Made by a program: the position numbers and the translations under genes. Under the pieces are notes generated by a model. The model made no database searches and was not told where the DNA came from. It was given only the letters and a program-made list of their open reading frames with translations. This document shows, piece after piece, positions 27,273 to 35,200 of a stretch of 57,838 nt of DNA (within the stretch, counting starts at the first letter, position 1; each line of letters begins with the position of its first letter). Origin of the DNA: Bacteroidota bacterium (GTDB lineage Bacteria > Bacteroidota > Ignavibacteria > UBA10030); the NCBI GenBank assembly GCA_035506075.1, contig DATJQB010000144.1:1-57838 (forward strand), written 5' to 3'.

Positions 27273-28169
27273 ATGAAGGTTGCACAATTCGAAGACGCAC
27301 AAGGCTATTGCATTGGCCTGTCAAGCAACGGCCGCTGGATCAACTATTCCGACGCAGAGGCGGCCTACACAGCGGTTACACAGAAGGTCGTCGTGGAACC
27401 CACCACAACGATTCTCCAGCTTCTCGAGGACGGTCGATTCGATCCGGCGGAATTCAGGGTCGTGCTCCAATTCCTCGCAGAACATAAGCTTGAAAAGCAG
27501 TACTTGATCAATAAAGACGCGGTGTTGAAGGCCCCCATCCTCCGTCCGCCAAAAATAGTGGCGCTCGGCCTCAACTATGCTCTCCACGCCAAGGAGGGGA
27601 ATGCCGCAGTTCCGAAAGAGCCCATTATCTTCATGAAGGCGGGTTCTTCAGTGATCGGACCCGGCGACACGATCCTTCTTCCGCGGGGACTCGGTCGGAT
27701 GGATCACGAGGTGGAACTTGCCGTTGTGATTGGCCGTCGTGCCTCGGGCGCAAAGAAGAAGGATGCACTCAGCTATGTCGCAGGCTACACGGTTCTCAAT
27801 GATGTCACCGCGCGCGAACTGCAGACCAGCGATCTCGAGGAAAAGCACCCCTGGTTCAGGTCGAAGAGCTTCGACACCTTCACACCGCTCGGCCCGTGGA
27901 TCGTCACCGCCGATGAGATTGGCTCGCCCATCGAGCTGGCCCTTGAATGTCGTGTCAACAAGAAGGTGCGTCAGAAGTCGAATACGAAGAACATGGTGTT
28001 CGACGTACCGACGCAGATCGAGTTTATCTCGAAGTTCATAGCGCTGGAACCCGGTGACATCCTATCGACCGGAACACCGCACGGCATTGGCCCGATCGCC
28101 GAAGGAGACGAAGTCGTTTGCTCGATCAAAGGCATTGGTGAATTGAAGAACCCTGTTCGTAACCGATGA
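27273..28169 (+). CDS. Fumarylacetoacetate hydrolase (FAH) family protein
   Basis: ATG 27273 follows AAGGAAA. The C-terminal catalytic domain pattern is GLNYALHAKE, HEVELAVVIG, YTVLNDVTAR and FDTF.PLGPW. Its stop overlaps the next start (ATGA 28166-28169). Confidence 0.85.
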   Translation: MKVAQFEDAQGYCIGLSSNGRWINYSDAEAAYTAVTQKVVVEPTTTILQLLEDGRFDPAEFRVVLQFLAEHKLEKQYLINKDAVLKAPILRPPKIVALGLNYALHAKEGNAAVPKEPIIFMKAGSSVIGPGDTILLPRGLGRMDHEVELAVVIGRRASGAKKKDALSYVAGYTVLNDVTARELQTSDLEEKHPWFRSKSFDTFTPLGPWIVTADEIGSPIELALECRVNKKVRQKSNTKNMVFDVPTQIEFISKFIALEPGDILSTGTPHGIGPIAEGDEVVCSIKGIGELKNPVRNR

Positions 28170-29269
28170 AGATCGACCAGATCACGTTAACGCACGTGCG
28201 CGTCCCGCTTGTTGAGCCGTTCAGGATCAGCAACGGGGAAGTTGCAGAGAAAGATGCAATCCTGGTCGGTGTCCACTCCGACGGCCTCGTCGGGTATGGA
28301 GAATCGTCGCCGATGTCCGGCTCGTTCTATTCCGACGAGACGCCGGAGTCCGCCTGGAGATGCCTGACAAAGGATCTGGTTCCGAACATTCTCCAAGCGG
28401 CTCCCGTAACAATTGAAGAGGTGAACGCTCTTCTCGAGTCGGTCATGGGGAATGCGTTTGCGAAGGCGGGCATTGAAACTGCATTTTGGGATTTGCACGC
28501 ACAGAAAGAAGGGAAGCCGCTTTTTGAAGTTCTCGGCGGCAAGAGGTCAACCGTCGAGTCGGGGCTGGCCGTTGGAATTTATCCTTCCGTCGACGGCCTC
28601 CTGAATGCCATTGAGCGGTACCTGGTGGAAGGCTACAAGCGTGTGAAGATCAAGATTCAACCGGGATGGGATCTGCAGCCGCTGAGTGAAGTCCGGCGCA
28701 GGTTTGGCAAGATCCCCCTGATGGTCGACGCGAATTGCGCATACACAGTGAAGGACCTTGATCACCTTCGGCGATTGGATGATTTTGAGATGATGATGAT
28801 CGAACAGCCGCTCCCGAAGGATGATCTCGAGGGACACGCTGCGCTTCAGAGGATCCTCAGTACGCCGGTATGCATCGACGAGAGTGCAAAAGATCTGGCG
28901 ACCGTGAAAAGGGCGATCGACCTGGACGCGTGCCGGATCGTCAACATCAAAATCCAGCGTGTGGGCGGACTCTGGAACTCAAAGAACATTCACGATCTGT
29001 GTGCCTCGCGGAACATTCCGGTCTGGGGAGGTACGATGCCGGAGCTTGGGATCGGCGGAGCGCAAACCGTCCATCTTGCGACCCTGGGGAATTTCGGCTT
29101 CCCGACAGATGTGGAGTCGTCGCGGCGCTGGTTTGTCGATGATATCGTCGAGCCCCTCATCGAAGTCCATGATGGAATGATCTCGGTGCCGGCTGGATCC
29201 GGCAACGCATATGCGCTCAATACGCGTGTTGTCGCAAAATACAAGGTGAGGGAAGAGAAGATCACGTAG
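28166..29269 (+). CDS. Enolase-superfamily enzyme, MLE subgroup (OSBS / N-acylamino-acid racemase / dipeptide epimerase-like)
   Basis: Motifs are KIKIQP (KxK), MVDANCAY, MIEQPL, CIDES and NIKIQRVGG. Confidence 0.8.
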   Translation: MKIDQITLTHVRVPLVEPFRISNGEVAEKDAILVGVHSDGLVGYGESSPMSGSFYSDETPESAWRCLTKDLVPNILQAAPVTIEEVNALLESVMGNAFAKAGIETAFWDLHAQKEGKPLFEVLGGKRSTVESGLAVGIYPSVDGLLNAIERYLVEGYKRVKIKIQPGWDLQPLSEVRRRFGKIPLMVDANCAYTVKDLDHLRRLDDFEMMMIEQPLPKDDLEGHAALQRILSTPVCIDESAKDLATVKRAIDLDACRIVNIKIQRVGGLWNSKNIHDLCASRNIPVWGGTMPELGIGGAQTVHLATLGNFGFPTDVESSRRWFVDDIVEPLIEVHDGMISVPAGSGNAYALNTRVVAKYKVREEKIT

Positions 29270-29315
29270 TCGTGCGCAACATGGTTCATGCTTCCAGCCA
29301 GGGAGGCCCGGATTC

Positions 29316-31076
29316 TTGAAGAAAATCATCTCACTTTTTGTTCTGCTCATCATGATGTCGCATACAAATACGTACGCACAGGGAAACGGCTGGGTCGGAT
29401 CAACGATTCGCTCCATGACGCTTGAAGAGAAGATCGGGCAGCTGTTCTGTGCCGACCTCATCGCGGTGTATTCGAACAAGGAAGGTCCGGCGCTGGTTCT
29501 CGCAAAGGAGTTCATCCGCAAGTACCACGTGGGAAGTTTTGTCATTGCGGGGGGCACGGTGACCGATATCGCCCTCGTGACGAACGAGCTTCAGCGGGAA
29601 TCGAAACTTCCGATCCTCATCAACGCCGACCTTGAAGCCGGGCTTTGGTTCAACCATCCATATCGATGGATGATGGGGAGAGGGCCGGAACTCCCGCGGT
29701 TTGTCGTTGGCGGCGGGACACCCCTTCCTTCGTGCATGGCTGTGGGAGCGACAGGAAACCCCCGATTTGCTTACGAATTCGGCAAAATTACAGGGCGGGA
29801 AGCCCGGGCGGTTGGGATTCACTGGATCAATGCCCCGGTTTCCGATGTGAATATCAACCCGCTCAATCCGATCATCAACACGAGATCGTTCGGCGAGGAT
29901 CCGCAGCAGGTTGCCGCGATGGTGGCCGAGTTCGTGCGCGGTGTGCAGGAAGAAAAAGTGATGGCAACGGTGAAGCACTTCCCGGGACACGGCGACACCG
30001 AGGAAGACACGCACATGAAGCTTCCCCTCCTGCCGTTCGATCGTGCGAGGCTCGACGCAATAGAGTTTGTTCCGTTCAAAGCGGGAATCCAGGCGGGTGT
30101 GAAGGCTGTGATGACAGCCCACATCGCTCTTCCCGCGATTGATCCGGAAAAGCGTCCCTCAACACTTTCGCCGATCATCATCAATGAATTGCTCCGCAAG
30201 CACCTCGGCTTCAACGGCATTGTCGTAACCGACGGCATGACCATGCAAGGGGTGACCGATCATTACTCTCCGGCCGAAGCTGCAATCAGAGCCATTGAAG
30301 CAGGCGATGATGTTGTTCTCGTTCCTGCAAATCTTGGTGAGGCGTACGCCGGTGTCCTCGGCGCCGTCCGGTCGGGTCGGATCTCCGAAGCGCGCGTCGA
30401 CGAATCGGTGCGCCGGGTTCTCGAGGCAAAAGCATGGGTTGGTCTTGAGAAGAAACGAACGGTTGATGTCGAAGCGATCATGAACATCGTGGATTCACCT
30501 GCTGCAGAGAAGACAGCTGATTCGATGTTCTCTGCTGCGATCACTCTCCTGAGGAATTCAGGAAACGTCATCCCCGTTCAACGCGGGAAGAAGATCCAGG
30601 TTGTTACAGTCTCGGATGATCCGAACCTGCAATTTGGGGACGGCCTTTCGTCGGTGCTTGAATCGGACGCGCGCGTGGTGTCCCTGTCTCATCTCTGGAA
30701 CGAATCATCCACCGAGGCCGTTGGACGTACGCTCAGCGAAGCCCGGTCGTCGGATGTTATTGTGCTCGGAATTTACCTTTCTGTTGGATCGTGGAAGGGA
30801 CAGCTCGGATTTTCAGAAGGACTGAAACAATACTTCGGGCAAGTCTCCGCTTTGAAGAAGCCGCTCATCATCATCACGTTCGGCGACCCGTACGTCATCG
30901 AAAAGCTCCCGGCCGCGGACGGAATTCTCGCAGCCTATACGGGACTTCGGAAGTCGGAAGAAGCAGCAGGCTGCGTATTGCTCGGAACATCGGGAACGCA
31001 GGGAACGCTTCCCGTCACCATCCCGGGAAAGTTCAAACGGGGAGACGGACTCCATCTGGACGCCGCTCCACGCTGA
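29316..31076 (+). CDS. Secreted GH3 beta-N-acetylhexosaminidase (NagZ-type motif) with extra C-terminal domain
   Basis: A TTG start at 29316 lies 8 nt after GGGAGG and gives the signal MKKIISLFVLLIMMSHTNTYAQ. It carries KHFPGHGDTEEDTH (the NagZ-type D-H motif). Confidence 0.8.
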   Translation: MKKIISLFVLLIMMSHTNTYAQGNGWVGSTIRSMTLEEKIGQLFCADLIAVYSNKEGPALVLAKEFIRKYHVGSFVIAGGTVTDIALVTNELQRESKLPILINADLEAGLWFNHPYRWMMGRGPELPRFVVGGGTPLPSCMAVGATGNPRFAYEFGKITGREARAVGIHWINAPVSDVNINPLNPIINTRSFGEDPQQVAAMVAEFVRGVQEEKVMATVKHFPGHGDTEEDTHMKLPLLPFDRARLDAIEFVPFKAGIQAGVKAVMTAHIALPAIDPEKRPSTLSPIIINELLRKHLGFNGIVVTDGMTMQGVTDHYSPAEAAIRAIEAGDDVVLVPANLGEAYAGVLGAVRSGRISEARVDESVRRVLEAKAWVGLEKKRTVDVEAIMNIVDSPAAEKTADSMFSAAITLLRNSGNVIPVQRGKKIQVVTVSDDPNLQFGDGLSSVLESDARVVSLSHLWNESSTEAVGRTLSEARSSDVIVLGIYLSVGSWKGQLGFSEGLKQYFGQVSALKKPLIIITFGDPYVIEKLPAADGILAAYTGLRKSEEAAGCVLLGTSGTQGTLPVTIPGKFKRGDGLHLDAAPR

Positions 31077-31087
31077 AAGAAGATCGC

Positions 31088-32107
31088 ATGCCGCTCACGA
31101 CGAAATTTCTCGGTTTGACTCTGCAGAGCCCGGTGCTCGTGGCTTCCGGACCGGCGAGTCATGATGTCAATCAGATACGATTTGCCGAGGAGCAAAACGC
31201 CGGGGCGATCGTTCTCAAGACGGCTTGTTCGGACAAGTTCGAGCACATGCGGTCCTGGCCGCGCCCGCGTTACAAGCTGCTTGATTGGGACAAACAAATT
31301 GCGGGACGATCGAAGAGCTTTAGTTTGTATTCGTACGAACAGGGGTACAGCGGAACGCTTGAGGATTACTGGGAGTTCATCCGGGCGTGCAAGAAGCACG
31401 CTGCGATACCAATCATCGGCAGTATCTTCGCCGATGACGCGAACGACTGGGCCGAGATGGCAAAAAACGTCGAGGGATGCGGCGCGGATGCTATCGAGCT
31501 GGACATCTCTTCGCCGCACAGGCCCGGGAGTGTTGCGTTCGAGACCACGTTTGTCGCAGCAATCAAGATTGTCGTGAAGTCTGTCGGGATTCCGGTGCTT
31601 GTAAAACTGACAGCCGGCCAGGAAGTCGTTCCACAGTGTCTTGTTGCCCAGGATTGCGGGGCCTCGGCCGTCACGCTCTGCAATCGCATCCGCGGCATCG
31701 ATGTCGACACCGAAAGCCAGCGGCCGATTCTCCACGGATCATACGGCGGCATTGGAGGACCCTGGGCAAAGTACTACACGATGCGGCATGTCGCCGAAGC
31801 TGCGCAGGCAATCACAATCCCGATCAGCGGCACCGGGGGAATCATGTCCGGCGACGATGTGATCAAGTATGCGTTGCTCGGAGCTTCGACCGTGCAGGTT
31901 CTTTCCGTGATCATGGTGAATGGCTGGGAATCGATCGGCCGCATACAAGGCGAGATCGAGGAGTATTTGGTGCGAAAAGGCCTGAATTCACTGGACGATC
32001 TGCGCGGAAGAGCGCTGGCTGCACTCACACCCCCGGATGAAATCATCCGTTGGTCGGGCGAACCGAAAACAGGTGCGCGCAACGTCTGGAAGAAAGATCT
32101 ACCGTAG
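31088..32107 (+). CDS. Dihydroorotate/dihydropyrimidine dehydrogenase-like flavoprotein (PreA-like catalytic domain)
   Basis: I placed the start at ATG 31088. The upstream part of the track ORF (30791) is Arg-rich and overlaps the GH3 gene. Motifs are LQSPVLVASGP, IELDISSPH (compare ELNLSCPH), and GTGGI near the C-terminus. Confidence 0.75.
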   Translation: MPLTTKFLGLTLQSPVLVASGPASHDVNQIRFAEEQNAGAIVLKTACSDKFEHMRSWPRPRYKLLDWDKQIAGRSKSFSLYSYEQGYSGTLEDYWEFIRACKKHAAIPIIGSIFADDANDWAEMAKNVEGCGADAIELDISSPHRPGSVAFETTFVAAIKIVVKSVGIPVLVKLTAGQEVVPQCLVAQDCGASAVTLCNRIRGIDVDTESQRPILHGSYGGIGGPWAKYYTMRHVAEAAQAITIPISGTGGIMSGDDVIKYALLGASTVQVLSVIMVNGWESIGRIQGEIEEYLVRKGLNSLDDLRGRALAALTPPDEIIRWSGEPKTGARNVWKKDLP

Positions 32108-32146
32108 CACAAGAGCTCCCTTGTGTTTCAACCTATCCGTTCGTCG

Positions 32147-32473
32147 ATGGCTCAACAACAAAAATATCGCGGACTTCCTCCACTTCCACCACCGTTTGTC
32201 AGGCAATCGCCTCCGGTCGCGGTGGTCGTTGAAGAGAAGTGCATTGCGTGCGATCGGTGCCCGCCTCTCTGCTTCTTTGACGCGATCGTCATGGAAGGCA
32301 GGCCGGGGCACAAGTATCAGCGCACTGCAGTCGTCGTGGCGGACAACTGCACCGGCTGCGGACTTTGCTTTGAGGCTTGTCCGACCGATGCGTTTCTCTG
32401 GGTTCCGGATACAACCCCGGGACGCAGTCCATCGAAGAGTGTACACACCCCCGACAGGAAATCAGACAGATGA
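32147..32473 (+). CDS. 2x[4Fe-4S] ferredoxin
   Basis: Two cluster motifs are present: CIACDRCPPLC and CTGCGLCFEACP. ATG is at 32147. The stop overlaps the next start (ATGA 32470-32473). Confidence 0.8.
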   Translation: MAQQQKYRGLPPLPPPFVRQSPPVAVVVEEKCIACDRCPPLCFFDAIVMEGRPGHKYQRTAVVVADNCTGCGLCFEACPTDAFLWVPDTTPGRSPSKSVHTPDRKSDR

Positions 32474-33087
32474 AGGTTCTGGACCTGACTCATCCGATCA
32501 CCGCTGAGATGCCGGTCTATTTTCCCTGGCACCCGAAAACGGAACTTGAACAAACCGCGACATACAAAGACAATCGCTGCGTCGTCACGCGGTTAAGTGT
32601 CGGCAGCCACACCGGAACACACATCGATGCCCCAAGCCATGTCCTTGAAGGAACACCGACCCTTGATCAGTACGATCCGGCGTTGTGGTACGTCGATGCC
32701 CGCGTTCTTGATTTCACCGGTCGAGCCCCGAAGCAGTCGATCACGAAGGAAGAAGTCCGGAAGAAATTTGATTCGCGAGGAATCGGCGTCGTGATCAAAA
32801 CCGGGTGGGACAACCGCTTTGGCCATCAGGACTATTATACAACCTATCCGCCGCTCTCGAACGAAGCGGCCGAGTATCTTGTCGAATTGGGTATTCCCGT
32901 TCTCGCAGCAGACACACCGTTCACACTGGATGTTCATTATATCATGCTGCGGCGCGGCATACCGCTCATAACGAACCTGAACAACACGGGACAATTGTCT
33001 GAAGGAGTCATCAAACTCATTTCAGCACCGCTTCTCATCAAGGGAGGCGACGGAGCACCGGCCAGAGTCATCGCAGTGACGGCATAA
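32470..33087 (+). CDS. Cyclase-family (kynurenine-formamidase-like) metal hydrolase
   Basis: 205 aa with the motif GSHTGTHIDAPSH (HxGTHxDxPxH). Confidence 0.8.
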   Translation: MKVLDLTHPITAEMPVYFPWHPKTELEQTATYKDNRCVVTRLSVGSHTGTHIDAPSHVLEGTPTLDQYDPALWYVDARVLDFTGRAPKQSITKEEVRKKFDSRGIGVVIKTGWDNRFGHQDYYTTYPPLSNEAAEYLVELGIPVLAADTPFTLDVHYIMLRRGIPLITNLNNTGQLSEGVIKLISAPLLIKGGDGAPARVIAVTA

Positions 33088-33094
33088 CAAAACC

Positions 33095-34222
33095 ATGGAC
33101 CACATCGTCTCGCTTCTCTCCGATCTTGTCGCAATCCCGAGCATGAACCCGATGGGAAGAGGCCGTACGGGAGCGGAGTACTCGGAGCAGACAATTGCGG
33201 ATTTCGTTCGATCGCTTCTGTCGAATCATTCGATCGACTGCGAGATGCAGCCTGTCCTGCCCGGCCGGCCAAACGTGATCGGATATGTGGATGCCGGGGC
33301 TGAACGAACCTTGCTGCTCGAAGCTCATCTGGATACGGTCCACGCCGAGGCGATGAGTATCGACCCGTTCACTCCGGTTATTCGGGACAATAAGCTGTAC
33401 GGCCGCGGCGCATGCGACACAAAAGGTTCGATCGCCGCTTTCCTCGACGGGACGTTTCGGGCCCTGAAGCACACGCATCGGCTGAAGTATAATGTGAGGC
33501 TCCTGTTCGTTTCAGACGAGGAATATCGTTTCACCGGGGCGCAGCACGCCGTGAAGAAAGGGTTAAGCGCAGACTTTGGTATTGCCGGAGAACCCACACA
33601 ACTGAGAATTGTCCGCGCACACAAGGGAGTGACGCGCTGGAAAATCGTGACGAACGGAATCGCTGCACATTCCGCCTACCCCGAACGGGGACGGAATGCG
33701 ATCTACGCGATGTCCCGCGTTGTGGGAAGGCTGGAACGCTACGCGGCCGAACTGTATGCCGGTCCACGCCATCCGCTCCTCGGTGCCCCGTCGATGAGCG
33801 TCGGAGTGATTGAAGGAGGGCAGGCTGTCAACATCGTTCCGGACCGGTGTGTGATTGAAATAGACCGGCGAACGCTTCCGGATGAGACGTTGCAGGGTGT
33901 ACTCGATCCCGTCCGGGCTCTCCTGGCTGATCTCGCCGATTGGGAGATAAAGGCGCCGCACCTGTCCGTTGCGGGAATGGAAATCCTTGAAACTGCACCG
34001 GTCACGCTGGTTTTGGCTGAGGCCGTCCAGAATGTGTGCGGCAGCGCGACCATCGAATCGGCACAATACGCGACAGATGCCGGCATTTACAATTCAGTTG
34101 GTATTCCGACAGTTGTTTTTGGTCCGGGCGACATCGCCCAGGCACATACCGCCGCCGAATGCATCGATCTCGGCCAACTGGAGCAGGCGGCGTCAATCAT
34201 CGAAAAGGTGTTGGTGTCATGA
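33095..34222 (+). CDS. M20 family metallo-deacylase (ArgE/DapE/ACY1-like)
   Basis: Motifs are LLLEAHLDTVH, GRGACDTKGS and SDEE. The stop overlaps the next start (ATGA 34219-34222). Confidence 0.85.
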   Translation: MDHIVSLLSDLVAIPSMNPMGRGRTGAEYSEQTIADFVRSLLSNHSIDCEMQPVLPGRPNVIGYVDAGAERTLLLEAHLDTVHAEAMSIDPFTPVIRDNKLYGRGACDTKGSIAAFLDGTFRALKHTHRLKYNVRLLFVSDEEYRFTGAQHAVKKGLSADFGIAGEPTQLRIVRAHKGVTRWKIVTNGIAAHSAYPERGRNAIYAMSRVVGRLERYAAELYAGPRHPLLGAPSMSVGVIEGGQAVNIVPDRCVIEIDRRTLPDETLQGVLDPVRALLADLADWEIKAPHLSVAGMEILETAPVTLVLAEAVQNVCGSATIESAQYATDAGIYNSVGIPTVVFGPGDIAQAHTAAECIDLGQLEQAASIIEKVLVS

Positions 34223-35160
34223 TCATCGGGCTCGACATCGGCGGGACGAAAACGGCGGTCGTTGCCGGGACCCGCACGGGAGAAGTGCTCTCCCGGGTTC
34301 AATTCGCGACATCGCCTGAGCGCGGCTTCGAACAATTTTACAAACAACTGTCTGCCGTCATTCCGGGCGTCATCTCGGGTTCGAAAGAACATGTTGACGC
34401 GATCAGCGTCTCGATTGGCGGACCCCTGAACATTCTCGAGGGCATCATCGAGTCTCCTCCCAACTTGCCGGGATGGGACAATATTCGCCTCAAGGAGCGC
34501 CTGGCGCAATCGTTCTCGCTTCCTGTGTTTGTTGAGCACGACGGGAATGCAGGAGCGTTGGCGGAGTTCTATTTTGGCGCGGGCAGGGGATTTCGCAATA
34601 TCGTTTTCCTGACGATGGGAACCGGACTCGGAGCCGGCCTGATCCTTGACGGGAAGGTGTACCGTGGTACAACCGATACGGCGGGCGAAGTTGGGCACAT
34701 CCGCATCGCCGACGATGGGCCGGAGTGTTACGGCAAGGCCGGATCGTTCGAAGGGTACGGAAGCGGTACCGGCATTGCGCGGCTCGCCAACATGATGTTC
34801 CCGGCCCTGTGGAGTGAATCGGTCACCGTTCTTGACGTGTATGCGGCATTCAAGGATGGCTCGGCTGAAGCGAGGCAGGTGTTCGAAAGGGCGGGAATGT
34901 ACATTGGTCGCGGGTTCGCGATGATAGCCGATTTTATCAACCCGCAGCGCATTATCCTCGGAGGACTCGGGATGCGCATTGCGGATGCCTTCGTTCCTTT
35001 TGCCGAAGCAGTCTTTACCAAAGAAGCGTTGCCACAATCAGCGCGCGCGTGCAGCATCGTGCCGGCGCAGCTTGGAGAGCGTATTGGCGACGTCGCATCG
35101 TTGTGCGCGGCGCTCGATCAGGGACGGCTGATCGATGCAAGAGTGATTCGCGGAGCGTGA
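34219..35160 (+). CDS. ROK-family sugar kinase
   Basis: It starts MIIGLDIGGTKTAVV and has GNAGALAE and GEVGHIRI. The usual CxCGxxGC zinc motif reads ECYGKAGS here. Confidence 0.8.
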   Translation: MIIGLDIGGTKTAVVAGTRTGEVLSRVQFATSPERGFEQFYKQLSAVIPGVISGSKEHVDAISVSIGGPLNILEGIIESPPNLPGWDNIRLKERLAQSFSLPVFVEHDGNAGALAEFYFGAGRGFRNIVFLTMGTGLGAGLILDGKVYRGTTDTAGEVGHIRIADDGPECYGKAGSFEGYGSGTGIARLANMMFPALWSESVTVLDVYAAFKDGSAEARQVFERAGMYIGRGFAMIADFINPQRIILGGLGMRIADAFVPFAEAVFTKEALPQSARACSIVPAQLGERIGDVASLCAALDQGRLIDARVIRGA

Positions 35161-35200
35161 CCGCGCTGTGTGTCAGGATTATCCAGGGGAGGCTTTTCCA

